Source: Tubiluchus corallicola
Lineage: Eukaryota > Animalia > Priapulida
Direction: 5' to 3'
NCBI GenBank assembly: GCA_030141605.1
Contig: JAQGDQ010000145.1
Span: forward strand, 62,001-126,000
Length of the DNA stretch: 64,000 bases
A program made the position numbers and the translations under genes. The notes beneath the pieces are model-generated. The model was not told where the DNA came from and did no database searches. It saw only the letters and a program-made list of their open reading frames with translations. The first letter of the stretch is position 1. Each line of letters opens with the position of its first letter. Positions 13,801 through 25,900 of this stretch are shown here, in pieces.

Positions 13801-16796
13801 GAACATTCTTGATTGAAAAGAGCTTCCCGCTCTGCTGCCTGTGTGAGTCATTGCAGCAGTCAGTTCGCCGTTTGCCGTGGCTTTGAGAGCTTCGAAACTG
13901 TGATAACTTCCTTCCGTTCAAGGTTGAGAGAAAAGTTTCCTGCCAAACAAACTCGTCTGACTTCTTTTTTTCAATAAAACAGGAGACGAGTTGATACAGA
14001 CAGTTTTTTGCCTTTTTTAATGAAGGGGAAGAGTCTTCATGGGTCACTTCGCTTAATATGGACAGCCGCTTAATATGGACATACACTGCTGGCCCGAGGT
14101 GTCCACAATAAGCGGCGGCCACTGTACTGGTCTTATGTTTTAACTGACTAGACACATTTGTAAACAAATTTCACTTCATGCACGTGGTCTATAAGTTCTG
14201 TACTATGGTGATGATTTTTTTAGTACTTCGCAAGCTGTAATCCACTACTCATCGATAAGGCTTCATTTAGTGTCGTTATGGCAAGAACATATCAAAGCTA
14301 ATTGTCTAAACCTTCTGTAAGTTTCTCTTTAAATTGCATTCATTTTAATAAACATTTAATAACTTAGTCTCATTATTTTGTCTGCTTTGGTTCATCTGTC
14401 TAAATCACATTCTGTTTGCAGCTGTTGGATACATTGAAAAGATAAAGAACCCATTGTTGAAGTTACAAATAGTATGTACACTATATAATATAGTTTTGTT
14501 GTTAACTTTGTGGGCGTTTATTTTTAATTTAAAAAAATGACTTAATACCTTTCCTTTTGACAGAGAAGTCTGAGTATTGCACTTAGAGTGAAAGACACCT
14601 TAAAATTACATGGCATTTTATTTTTAGATGCTTTTAGCACATTTTGACAGATTCTGCAAAAAAGTTAAGGATCGTGATTGTGGTGATAAGTCCTGGCAGT
14701 GACCTGTCATGACCTATTATTACCTGTCATTGTTCATTCTATCCTAGCTTATACTTTAGAATTATTATCAGTTCTAAATTTTTGTCCAGAAGTATGAAAT
14801 TTATATTTGAAAAGGCATGATTGAGTTGTTTTGAAATTGCTCTTTATTTCAACATTTGTTTCATTTTTAGGATATATTTCATCTACAAATAATCTGTGGA
14901 GATATAACAGAAAACATCAAGAGGTATCTTCCTTACACAGGTAGCGTAAGCCTCCATGAATAATTTCCTAGTATTAGACACTGATTTGTGAATTATGTAA
15001 CAACATTCTCTGCAATTGTTCGTTGTTTTCTTGAGCTATTCACTCCTGCTGGATATACAAACTATAGGGAAAAATATTGTTGATGGCAAGCATGGTGATA
15101 ATGATGTTGAAATGGCAACAGCAGTAGCAATATTAGTGTTATTGATGATGGTAAGCCAGGTCAAAATACAATAGGTACTGTTTAGCAGAATTATCTTAAA
15201 AAAGTATTGGGACCAAATTCAATGGATGAATCAATTAGTTGAAATAAAATTATTGTAGAAATGTCAGCCAGCATTGATTAATAAAGATCTGTTTTTTGTT
15301 ATGAAGTTTAAAATTACTTGAAGTGGACTAAACATGATATTTTGGAATACACAAAGCATCTTGTGCTTGAGCTGCAGTATCAGGCATTAGCGCTTCCTTG
15401 AAGGATGCAAGTGTGGTATCTTAGTCCCCGTCAGTATTTCTTGTTACTATTATACCAAAATAGCAATTGCCTCATTTGTCGATTATGTAACTGGTGTAGT
15501 CTCATTAAGTTCTGCTTGTGCCATATTTGGCAGAGTGCATCCCTTCTGTAACTTAATTGCCAGTCTTATCCAGGATGAAACCAGCATGAATAAATCGTGC
15601 TCTATTAGATGAATTAAGCAACTGATTCAATTAATTGGAAGTGGAATAAATGGAACTGCTGTAATGTAAAACAGCTCCGTTATTTAGCGGAAATGAGTTG
15701 GCTGGCATTTCTTTTGAGTACAACATATACATTACGTAGCATTTTTGTATTGCTGTTTTACCAGGGCATATACAGATAGCACAAGTACCAGACAGGCACG
15801 AACCCGATTCTGTTGGCGAATTGAATTACACATATATATTCAATTTGCTGCAGGAGTTGGGATATTCAGGCTATATAGGATGTGAATATATACCAACTGC
15901 AGGTAAGATCATTTATGAATACTTATTATGTCAAATGCTTCAGTTGTCTCTCGAAATATTTAAAAATTTATTAAAAATGAGCAACAATTACAATAGGAGA
16001 TAAACGACAATTTGGTGGCAAAGTCTCTGATGCATGAGAATCTTAGTGGCTTCAAGTTGGTCTTCATTATAAGTCTAGCAATGTAGCAGTTTTAATTTAC
16101 ACCTATATACCACATGTTGGAAACAAAGATTTAATTGGTTTATTTAGAAATTTATTTAATTGAATAGCTTGGGAGCTAGACTGGTGCTTAAATTTTCTGC
16201 AATTTAATCCAAGTTCAAAAAACCTAGTCTTCGTTTTCCAGACCCAACTAAAATTAGTATTGTGTCCGTCTACATAATTGTAGTGTTTAGCTGAAGAAAA
16301 TTCAAGACCAGGAAATTAAAATATATTTATAATTATTATGCAGAATTACATCATGATATATACAGTTATTGAGATGATTAAGTAGAATAATTAATTCTAC
16401 TTAAGTGGGACAACGGTAGTTTTTGGCCTATTACATGCTAACAATAAACGGCCTAGCCACGTTTTAGCAAGATAAAATTGCTGTATTATATAGGGACAAA
16501 CGTATCTACCAGAAATTACATTATAAATTAGACATTTAAAATACTACGTAATATAACGGTAGACTATACCTATGTCGATGACTTCAGGATATTGTTAATA
16601 ATCAATTTTATTTACTATAATAGATCTAAAAGGAAAGATTTTTCTGACTGAGTTGGCAATATTTGTTAAACCCTCCAGAAGTGAATGTAATACTTTATGC
16701 TTAATTCTGACCTCAATAACAATAATGTTAATATATTTTTCTTTAGGTAAAACTGAAGATGGACTGGGCTGGTTAAGAGCATATCAGAACCAATAG
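10856..16796 (+). CDS. HYI: Hydroxypyruvate isomerase (xylose isomerase-like TIM barrel), complete, 263 aa
   Basis: Exons 10856-11051, 11687-11795, 13119-13221, 13433-13508, 14422-14471, 14871-14940, 15765-15902, 16747-16796 (792 nt, in frame, all GT-AG). Motifs: [80 protein letters not shown]. Confidence 0.96.
11935..12516. mobile_element. hAT-like MITE in HYI intron 2 (same family as 55625-56149, opposite orientation)
   Basis: Ends CAAAGACATAGCAA / TTGCTACACCACTC; flanks TTCGTCTA and TTTGTCAA (6/8 match). 12290-12515 aligns by eye in reverse with 55625-55845. Confidence 0.7.
13669..14124. mobile_element. Tigger/pogo-like MITE, 456 bp, in HYI intron 4
   Basis: TIR CAGTGGCCGCCGCTTATT(A/G)TGGACAC (26 bp, 1 mismatch), TA target duplication, many subterminal TTA(A/T)TATGGACA repeats. 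Confidence 0.9.
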
Positions 16797-17304
16797 CAAA
16801 TTGAACAATGTCATTGATTTCATTTTACAATGTTGCAAGGAAAGTAGTTAAAGAAGTAATGAAGTTTTATTGTTTCTGACGATGAAAGAAGCCATCCAAA
16901 AAGCACTTTTGTGATTATATGTGTCTTCAAACAACAACACGTGAAAACACGAAATTGTCTGTGATTTCAAACTGACATATTTTTCTTCCACCTCTGTTAA
17001 GATAAATAATCATTTTGCAGTGCAGCTCGCATTGTAATTTTGTGTGTGTTAATTTATAACTGTTGCTAAAATTGTTCTTATGATATGTTGACTTGAATGT
17101 TTTAACATTATTCATCAGTAACAGTACTGCCAATACTGAAACAAATAAGTAATTTAGCATCTGTTTCACATAGTATCACATAACATGATACGTTTCACAT
17201 AACATAGTATCTGTTTCTGTGGACATAAATGGTGTGTAACACCAGTTAATGCTGAGTTGTACATTCTATGTGTACTGAAACAGCTGTTAATCATTATTGT
17301 GATA

Positions 17305-20300
17305 CAGTATAATCCACTTATAACGAGTTTCAAGGGACCGTCAAAATTCAGTCGCTATAACCGAGTCTCGTTATAGGCAAGGTCAATTGTCTGAGTGTAT
17401 GAGCTATATAGAAATGAAGCCTATATGCCTGATATAATGTTAACCATGAAAAGAGCACCTGTTTGAGATTGGCACAAGTTTGTTAATGAGTGCCATTGTT
17501 CAGTAAGTATTCTGTAATAAAAAGAGTAAATTTATAATGTTTAAACTGCGTAAATTTATAATGTCTATTATTAAGGCAGTCTATTATACGATACATTCCG
17601 TGGTGGCTCGTAGTTAAAATGAGTGGAGTGCTTCAAAATTAAAAATTTTTTAGCCATTGTTTTAATGCTGTGTAAAATGAAACAAGCATGAAATTATAAT
17701 GTTGTAATTGTAATTTTAAACAAACACAATGTTGTAATTGTAATTTTAATTTTAAACTAATTTAAACACAACCTTGATAAACTCCTAAACAAAAAATATT
17801 GTGAATAACCTAAATTGTCGCTTTTGAGCACGTGACAACTGGCAACATGTACTGCAGTGAGCGACAGTACTCTTTCTACCCAAAGTACAGCGTCTTATTT
17901 CGGACGTTGCTTGGGCTGTCTTGAAGTCTTGAATAATATTCTTCTAAAGGTCTTTGACGACATACTAGAAGTTTGGGGTGCACGGTTCGTATACACGCTG
18001 AGAAAAGTAACTCGCTAACTGGTGATGGTATTAGATGTTATGAAAAGAGGTGAAACGAGCAAAACAAACATGGTGGGTGTGGGCTAGAAACAGATTTTCA
18101 GAGAGATTTGGTGGGATGGTACCCTCACGGTAGAAACAGCAGAGGGTGTTAGTGCTCGTAAGTGATCTCTTCAAGTGATTTCTCTGATATCCGGTGGAAG
18201 TTTGTTCCACAAGCGTATTGCTCTGGAGTAGGAATATAAATAAATATTGACTCTTGATGATGGCTGAACAAATTTGCTGTTATCTTTGAGAGATGGGGTG
18301 ATGTAAGTTGGTAAATTTATACCTACCCTGTGTTGCACTATATCATGAAAGATGTTTAGTATCGTTTGTCGGCGTCTAATTTCTAGTGTTTCCCACCATA
18401 GTTCGGAGATCATTTTAGATACTTCAGCATTTCTGGTATATTCATTTTGTACAAATCGTGCTGCATTTCGCTGGACTTGCTCAATGCACTTGATGTCAGT
18501 AATTGGGTATGGGTTCCAAGCTGCAATACCATATTCTAGTTTAGGTCTGACCAGGGCTTGATATGCTCTTTCTTTGACTTGTTGATGACATGGATGTAGC
18601 GTCCTGCAAATGACATTAAGTGTGCAGGTTGCGCGAGTGACAATTTCCTGGCAGTGCTTACCCCAACAAAGATTTGTGCTGATGGTAATGCCCTGGTATG
18701 GGCGTGAAGGAACATGCTCTAGGATTTTGCCTCCCATGCTGTAAGAAAAGTAGTTTGGGTTTTTCTTTTGAGAAATAAGTAAGATGTTGCGTTTATCAAT
18801 GTTAAAGTCCATAAGCTAGTTTCCCCCCATATTCGCAGCTGTGAGAGATTGTGTTGTAGAATACAGTGATCTTGATTACTCCATATAGGTCTGTAGAGAG
18901 TCGAGTCATCAGCAAATAGTCGGATATTAAATGATATATTGTCACCGTTGTCATTTATATAGAGGAGGAATAAAGCCGGTCCAAGGACTCCTGATGTAAC
19001 ATTTATAGATTTGGAGTGAGATCTATTGACAGAGACCTTCTGTGTCCGCTCAGAAAGAAAAGATTTGACCCATTTTAGCATATGACCTCTGATACCATAG
19101 AACACAAGCTTAGCTAGGAGACGCTGATGTGGGACCAAGTCGAAAGCTTTGCTAAAGTCGAGCAGGACAGTATCTACCTGGCATTCTTTGTCTTGTTTGT
19201 CATTTAAAGCTAATGTCCAGTCATGTAAAAATGACTTGTATAGTCTGTGAAGCAAATTGTACTTCCCTTGCCTGGTCCGGTTCCCCACAAGTATGAAGAA
19301 AGAACTAAGAAAAAAGATTATTATATTGAATATTATCGATCATATTGAGTGAAAGCAGGGGGTGCTGCAGTACGACACCACCTATACACGAGCTGCCACT
19401 GAATACATTCCTGCTTAAAATAACTGCGGAGTTACTTTGATTGCGACGTCTGCTGACAGTCGAGTGTATTTTGCGTAGGTGTGCAAACATTTAAATGTCC
19501 GCACAAGACCTTGGATGTTTGCGTGGTTGGAAAACACTCATGGCTTTTGTTTAACTCCTTCATGACAATGAAGTTTTGATATCCCCGTACAAAGATGCCC
19601 ATACTGGCTTGAACTACTAGTGCAAAACTATGTATTTTCTGAAAGAGAATTAATTTTTCTTTTTAGCACTAAATAATATGCTAAGATTTTTACATTTGTT
19701 TGTGTGATTAACAGGATGATATGAAATGTATGCATAACTTTCAAAGAATTTTCGTTTCAAAGTCTTCTAGTTGCCATAGTTTCTAGATAACTTGTTATCT
19801 AATGTCGCTCTGCACAAAATTTTGCAAAAAATATTGAAATCACAAACTTTGTAAATTGGACAGCTGTTCAAACGCGCAAAAGTATTATGAAATTTGTGCA
19901 GGTACTCAACCGCTTACTACAGGCGAGTCTGTCCCGCGCTGGCTATTGAATTGACAACCAGCACACCCAGAATGATAAGTAGCTGTATAGTAATTTAATG
20001 TGAATCCAAATATAATGTTTTAGGAACATGTTTACTTGCAAGAGATTTTTCACAGGGTGAAAACTTTGAGAAGTCACAGAATTATTTAGTTTGTAAAGTA
20101 AAGCAGTTTATTTAAAAATCTCTGTTGTTATACCTGCTTCGTATGAAATTGCGCCATTTAAGGAAAAGTTTACTGTCGTCTGATAACTTCCCAACTTCTT
20201 GAGAAACTAGTGTTTTTCTGCCTGAATCATCGTGGTCGCTTCAGTCTGACAGCACAGTGCGTTGCAGCGCTTGTATATGCTGAGCTAACTGACCAGCAGG

Positions 20301-20614
20301 TCTGCATGATTGTGCTGTACTTGATATACGTAACATTGTTTTATAAATTGTCAATAAATTAATCGCCACGGTGCACCGTGATCTTTTTGCCTTTGATGAA
20401 CAGTGGATGCCCCTCTTTTTAGAAATCGCGCTCATTATTTCAGGGTAAATATAATTACTGGATCGGAAATTTCCCTTGTAATAAGCAAGATCTCGTACTA
20501 TCAGAGCTCGCTGCAAGCAAGGTTTAAAAATATTATTTAAGTCTGAGATTTGGCAGGACCTTGAAATTTCTTCGTAATAACCAGAGGCTCGTTAGTCATA
20601 AGTGGATTATACTG
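17305..20614. mobile_element. 3.3-kb non-autonomous Tigger/pogo-like DNA element containing a nested LINE
   Basis: Perfect 17-bp TIR CAGTATAATCCACTTAT at both ends, TA on both flanks, subterminal CTCGTTA/TAACGAG motifs. Confidence 0.8.
17940..19240 (-). mobile_element. 5'-truncated LINE (CR1/L2-group reverse transcriptase), frameshifted
   Basis: ORFs 18719-19288 and 18171-18812: VDTVLLDFSKAFDLVPH, SGVLGPALFLLYIND, RLFADDSTLY, AYQALVRPKLEY..WNPY, IEQVQRNAARFV, AIRLWNKLP; frameshift near the C6 run at about 18822-18827. The 3' boundary is approximate. Confidence 0.9.
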
Positions 20615-21212
20615 TAATTAATATTTTTTGGTTGGTTAAGAATACATCTGCTAAAAATGAATTTTTTTTTTGTTTTTGGAGCATGCTTTTTTATTAACAA
20701 GTTTTGCTTTTTATAATTTTGATGTTACTGTGTGGGCTAGTATTATTTGTTTTGGATCATTGCACTGTAAAGTTTTTTGTAAATGTGATTGTAGCTGCTT
20801 TACCGGTTTTGTTTGTGTTATTTCCAGTTATGCAGCAAAAATTCAATGCGTTAACGTCCATAACTTTGCTTAGTCGAAAGGGGGTGTCATTGATCGCTCT
20901 AAAGCGCTAGACAGAAATGATTAAACTTTGCCACCTCGTCGAGCGGTCACGCAGGTCAGGAGAAATGGCTATAGTGTTGTTCGCTTTAACAAACTAACGT
21001 GTTCATTTTAGAAGATTTCTGATATTGTTAAATTTAACGTCATTGAACCTCGAACACGAGTGTTTGAATAAATTCTCTCTTGCTTTGAAGTTGTGAACTT
21101 AGTTTGTGTGGCATATTTGAGTTATTTATATGATTATATCGCGTTATTGTGTTTGGCGGTAGCGTGCTGCTATTATTAATAATAATACTACAGTTGTCAG
21201 TGCTGTTTTGTA

Positions 21213-21966
21213 GGGCGCCGAGTAACCCACTAGCCGAAGTAGGACACTTCCGGCAAAACACATGTGCTAAATTTGCAGAAAAGCAGTGTCGTACATGGGC
21301 AGCCCAAGTAGGACACTAGCGATTTCTGTCGAGAATCGAGATTTATGACATACAAAAACATAAAAGTAAATTTGTTTTAGAAAAAAAAGTAACTTTATAA
21401 TAATGATGGATAGTCCATGACAATTTACAAATGTATTTGTAATGTATCATCATTATTATTAGCTCCATTAATATCATCGTAACATTAAACTAATTATCTA
21501 ATGCTTTAAAGATAGAAACTATGTAGGGCACATAACTCGCTAACCCGTTTACTTAGTAGAAAACAATTATTTGTCCAAGGGGGAGTGAAAAGGATCACCT
21601 GTCTGTAAAGCAAGACAAAATAAAAAATGATATACCTTAAACAAATGTTGGAATCGCCTAAGGAGTGGGTTTATTTCCTTTCAAAAAGATTAATATCGAA
21701 GCCAAATTTAATATTGGTCATTTTACTAGCTCAAAATAAGATTCTTGTCTTTTACCAGATGTATAATAATTATTCAACCTATAGTGACGTTTTTAATTAT
21801 TATTATTCCATAAACAAGGACAACGGACGGTGCCAGTACGCTTAGCAACTCAATTCGCGACCTGTTTCTAGTGTCCTACTTGGACAGCCCATGTACGATG
21901 CGTCCTACTTGGGCTAGCCCAAGTACGCCAATTGTCCTACTTCGTCTAGTGGGTTACTCGGCGCCC
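21213..21966. mobile_element. MITE with 34-bp GGGCGCC terminal inverted repeats, superfamily unassigned
   Basis: GGGCGCCGAGTAACCCACTAG(C/A)CGAAGTAGGACA at both ends (1 mismatch); internal AAGTAGGAC repeats (2 left, 3 inverted right); no clear TSD. Confidence 0.8.
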
Positions 21967-22127
21967 AACAAGTCATTTAAAATCACCTGACTACATTCTT
22001 TAACAATAGAAGCGGGTCCTAATCGATTGTGAGCTTATATACCTGTGATGTAAGCCGGTCAAGGCTATCTAGTTTTTGCCCATAGTTTTCTCCATCTTGG
22101 TAGTAACTAGTTGCATGTTACTCCAAT

Positions 22128-22182
22128 AATTTTCAATACACTATGCTTAACAACTGTTGTTAAGCATAGTGTATTGAAAATT
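22128..22182. repeat. Perfect inverted repeat, 27-bp arms with 1-nt spacer
   Basis: AATTTTCAATACACTATGCTTAACAAC-T-GTTGTTAAGCATAGTGTATTGAAAATT. Confidence 0.95.
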
Positions 22183-22199
22183 GTTGAAGTTTTTGCCTA

Positions 22200-22810
22200 T
22201 ATACCTTACACTTATCGGTGTTGAACAGCATTAGCCAATTGCGCGACCAAGCTTCCGAGATTTTAACGTCATTCTGCAGGGTATCCTAGTCATTGGAAGA
22301 TGCAATTGCCAGTAATGTCATTGATGTATAATACTAAAAGCAATGGTGGCACCCCACTTTTGACTTCAATGATAGAGGACATGATAGAGTTGATCCGTAC
22401 GCATTGAGAGCTCGCTGTTAATATCCAATGCATCAATTGGCCGCAAATACCATAAGCTTCAAGTTATAGTAACAAATGTTTGTGGGGGACCTTGCTGAAT
22501 GCTTTTTATAGATCATAGTAAATTACGCCAATATCAAGTCCTTGTTCAACAGCTTCCTGCCAGTCGGTTAGACATTCTAATAAGTTGAGAACACAAGAAC
22601 TGCCATGAATAAAGCAAAAAAATAAAGAATCTAGCAACAAGTTCCAGTGTTGCAAGTGTCTGTAGATTTCATTCCTGCCGATCCTTTCCATCAACCTGTA
22701 AACCACTGAAGTAAGGCTTATCGGGCGATAAGTGGCTTTGTGTTGCCTGTCTTTCTTAGAAATGGGCGAGATAATAGAATGTTTAAACTTGGAAAAGATT
22801 TGCAGTTCGT
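22200..22810 (-). mobile_element. Degenerate LINE reverse-transcriptase fragment
   Basis: Minus strand YRPISLTSVVYRLMERI..SCVLNLLECLTDW..GLDIGVIYYDL*KAFSKVPH..LEAYGI with stops and indels. Confidence 0.8.
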
Positions 22811-22996
22811 GTGACTGAAATTTCGTATTTGTAACTTATGTCACATAATTTATTTATTGTAAATAATAAAGTATTATTTTATTGCATAAGTGAAAAGTTA
22901 TTGTTTACTGTCTAATTGCATATGGCACGTGTAAATTATGTTTTTAAGGTAACCTGCATCCTCTGATACGATTGATAATTATTGGCTTGTGGGAAA

Positions 22997-25900
22997 ATGA
23001 TGCGGAAATTCTTAGTGCTGAGACCAGGAGTTACACAGATGTTATTAATGACTAAGTCTACGAAATTTTTGTCTAGTTATGCAAAATTTAGTCAACAACT
23101 CTTTGCAGCTAGGAAATACTGCAAATTCTCCACATCGAGCTCAGAAGGCGACCCTCCTGACCTACTAGCACAGCAGTTGGACAAATGTGATGCTTTACCA
23201 AGAGTATTAGATATTGTGGATCGCCACTTTGGAGTTATGAACGACTCCCACGTTTTCAATGCATTGTCTTTGATTTTCAAGTTTCGCTCGCAGGCATCTG
23301 TGGATCTTTTAACTGACGATAGATTTAAGGTTATGTGTAGATTAGTTAGAAAAAAAGCAAAGTTTTTTACTCCAAATGAGCTGGTCACAGCACTGAAATG
23401 CTGCAGTGCTCTAGGTCTTCATTCATCTTCGTTTACGATACAGACTCTTTTGCATCTCTTACGACACTCAATTAATGATCTGGACATCGAGGAATTGATG
23501 TTTCTTGGTTTCTTAGTGCAAAAGCAAAAAAGCGATGCGATTATTAAAGCTTTTCATGTTGCCGTACCTTTAGCTGTCCAAATTAAAGCCGAACCAAGTG
23601 TTCCACTTTACAGTTTTCAGGAAATAGCTGAACTCTTAATATTCTGTTCAAACTTTAAAAATACTGTCTCACCAAAATTTGTGGACCTGTTAGTGCATCA
23701 TTGCAGCCAGTGCTACGACAAGGACATTCAGGAGCAGCTGAGCCCTTCACGGTGTGTTACTTTGACCATATCATTGTCTAAGCTTAGTGTTGACGAGCCT
23801 ATTCTAACCCATAACCTGCTTAAATATTTAGCAAAAAGTATTAGTGAAGTGACAAAACAAAGCCTCATGGCCTTTGTAAGTGTCTGCCGTTCCTCACAGT
23901 GGTATAACTCTGTACTGTACGATAACCTTATTGTTAGGCTGCTTGATGAAGACATAAATTCAAGACATTTGCTTGCTGTAGCTTCACTGTGTCTTGGCAA
24001 TAACCATTTTAGTCAACTGTTGTGTAATAGTGTTGCAAAGCGAGTGCGCATTGATCCAAATTTATTTGTGGATCCACACATTTCTGTGCTCACCATAGCT
24101 GAACTCTTTGCACATGCCAGTTATAAGCCACCATTTTGGGATACTGTGACACAGCAACTACTGAATGTGAAACAACAGATAACAACCTTTGAAACTTCGG
24201 CACCCAGACTACTATTGCGTCTTGTGAAGGCGCTGACTCTATTGGAGGTTTTTCCTTCAAACCTGTTGGAGTCCGTTTTTGAGGATGAGCAGGTGGACGC
24301 ACTTTATTCAACTGCTAACAGAGGTCTGTAATATAAGTTCTTTTTAGAACTTGAAACACCAACTTGTTGTGAATGGTTTATAATTGGGTTAATATTTGTT
24401 CTAATTTTTTATACATTTTGGTACACTACACGTTAATATTCGTGGTATGACTGGAGTCTGATTCATTATCAAGAACATTCCTCTAAGATGAGCCACTGAA
24501 CTGGCAGATCAGTCTCAGCCATTTAAATGTATCCTTTCTGTGCAACCTAAATATCCTTACCATGCAAGCTAAATAGTCAGGGTTTACAGGGGTTACTGCC
24601 TAGAGCGGTTATCAAGCCCACGTGCCACTCATTCAAGAGCATCCCCATCCCCTGGGCTTTGAAGCTGGCTACAAATTCTAATAATGTGCTGAGAATAATA
24701 TTAATGAAATTCAATATTAAATTAAACTTCAAAATGTTTTATGTGTGCATTGTGAAATTGCTTGGCCTGCTCAGATTGTATATATAATTAACATTCAAGA
24801 ACTTTTTCGTGGAATTCTTTTGCTCATATGCTTAACATGAGTAAACAATTTTGCTGAAGTTCACCAACTAGGAACTTAGGTCCTGCCTGAACTTCATTAA
24901 ATCGGAAAGGTATTTAACAGGTATGAAAGATAAAAGAATTTATTATTAATATTTTTGTGAATAACTTAACCTACTGTAAAAACTGAAATTATTTTGAGAC
25001 TTTTATTTTTGTCGGTTACAAAAGTAACAGTGAACTCCTATGAGGAACCCACATATATAAACAAATTGAAGTTTTTTAGGGTTTTCTTTGCATAAAAGTG
25101 TGAAATTTACTATAGAGGAATTGATACTGCATCACAATTTTCGTAATAATACACATGACTTGAAACAAAAATTGATCTGCAAGAGAAATGAAATTCAGAG
25201 AAATTTGTTTTTTTAAGTTGTGTGTACATGATCGTTTTATCATCCAAACTGCTGCTTTAATACTGATGCTATCATATTTCAGCAAATTTTGAAAGGGACA
25301 TTGAAAATTTACTGCTGATAAATCAGTCTTTATCGACAGAATGCTCGAATTATGAGGGAAAGCGGCTTTCAGAATCATTCATATTACGCATTTTTGATCA
25401 CTATATTCATATGCAGGTCTGTTTGATATACATTTTTTTTTGTTTTCACAATGTTTTTAAAAGTCAAAAATGCTAAATGTAAATATAACTGGACAATGAG
25501 TGGCATGCAGTGGTATTTTCTATAACTGCTAAATCATTGGTAAAGGTTTATTTTCTATCTTTGTTCGCTAAGTTTCCTTTTTTAGCGAAATATTTTTTAT
25601 TAATTTTCTAACATCTGTTAAGAGGAGTGTCTCAAGAATTATAAGCTTTTCAAACAAATTATGAACTAACGCATAATATTTGTTGTTTTCTCTAATGATA
25701 TAATCCACTGAAAGAAATAACCTTACAAGCAAAGCTGACATAACCTAATGTAAGTTAATCAGTTCAAGGCTACCATTCAATGCCAACTAACAGACAAAAC
25801 CTTTAAACACAAAATTATTGCCTTGTAAGTATTGAATTCATTGTGAATATTATAGGATTTGCAAAAATACTTTGGTTCACAAAAGTATAAATTTCATTTT

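Noticed and set aside
23092-24311. Antisense ORFs over FASTKD (similar ones over the psq gene, Patched and KIF28 exons)
   Set aside because: Shadow ORFs of real coding exons with no independent motifs.
24488-24577. Candidate FASTKD exon after CTCTAAG
   Set aside because: Ends in a stop without a donor; exon 25283-25416 fits both the phase and the FAST motif.
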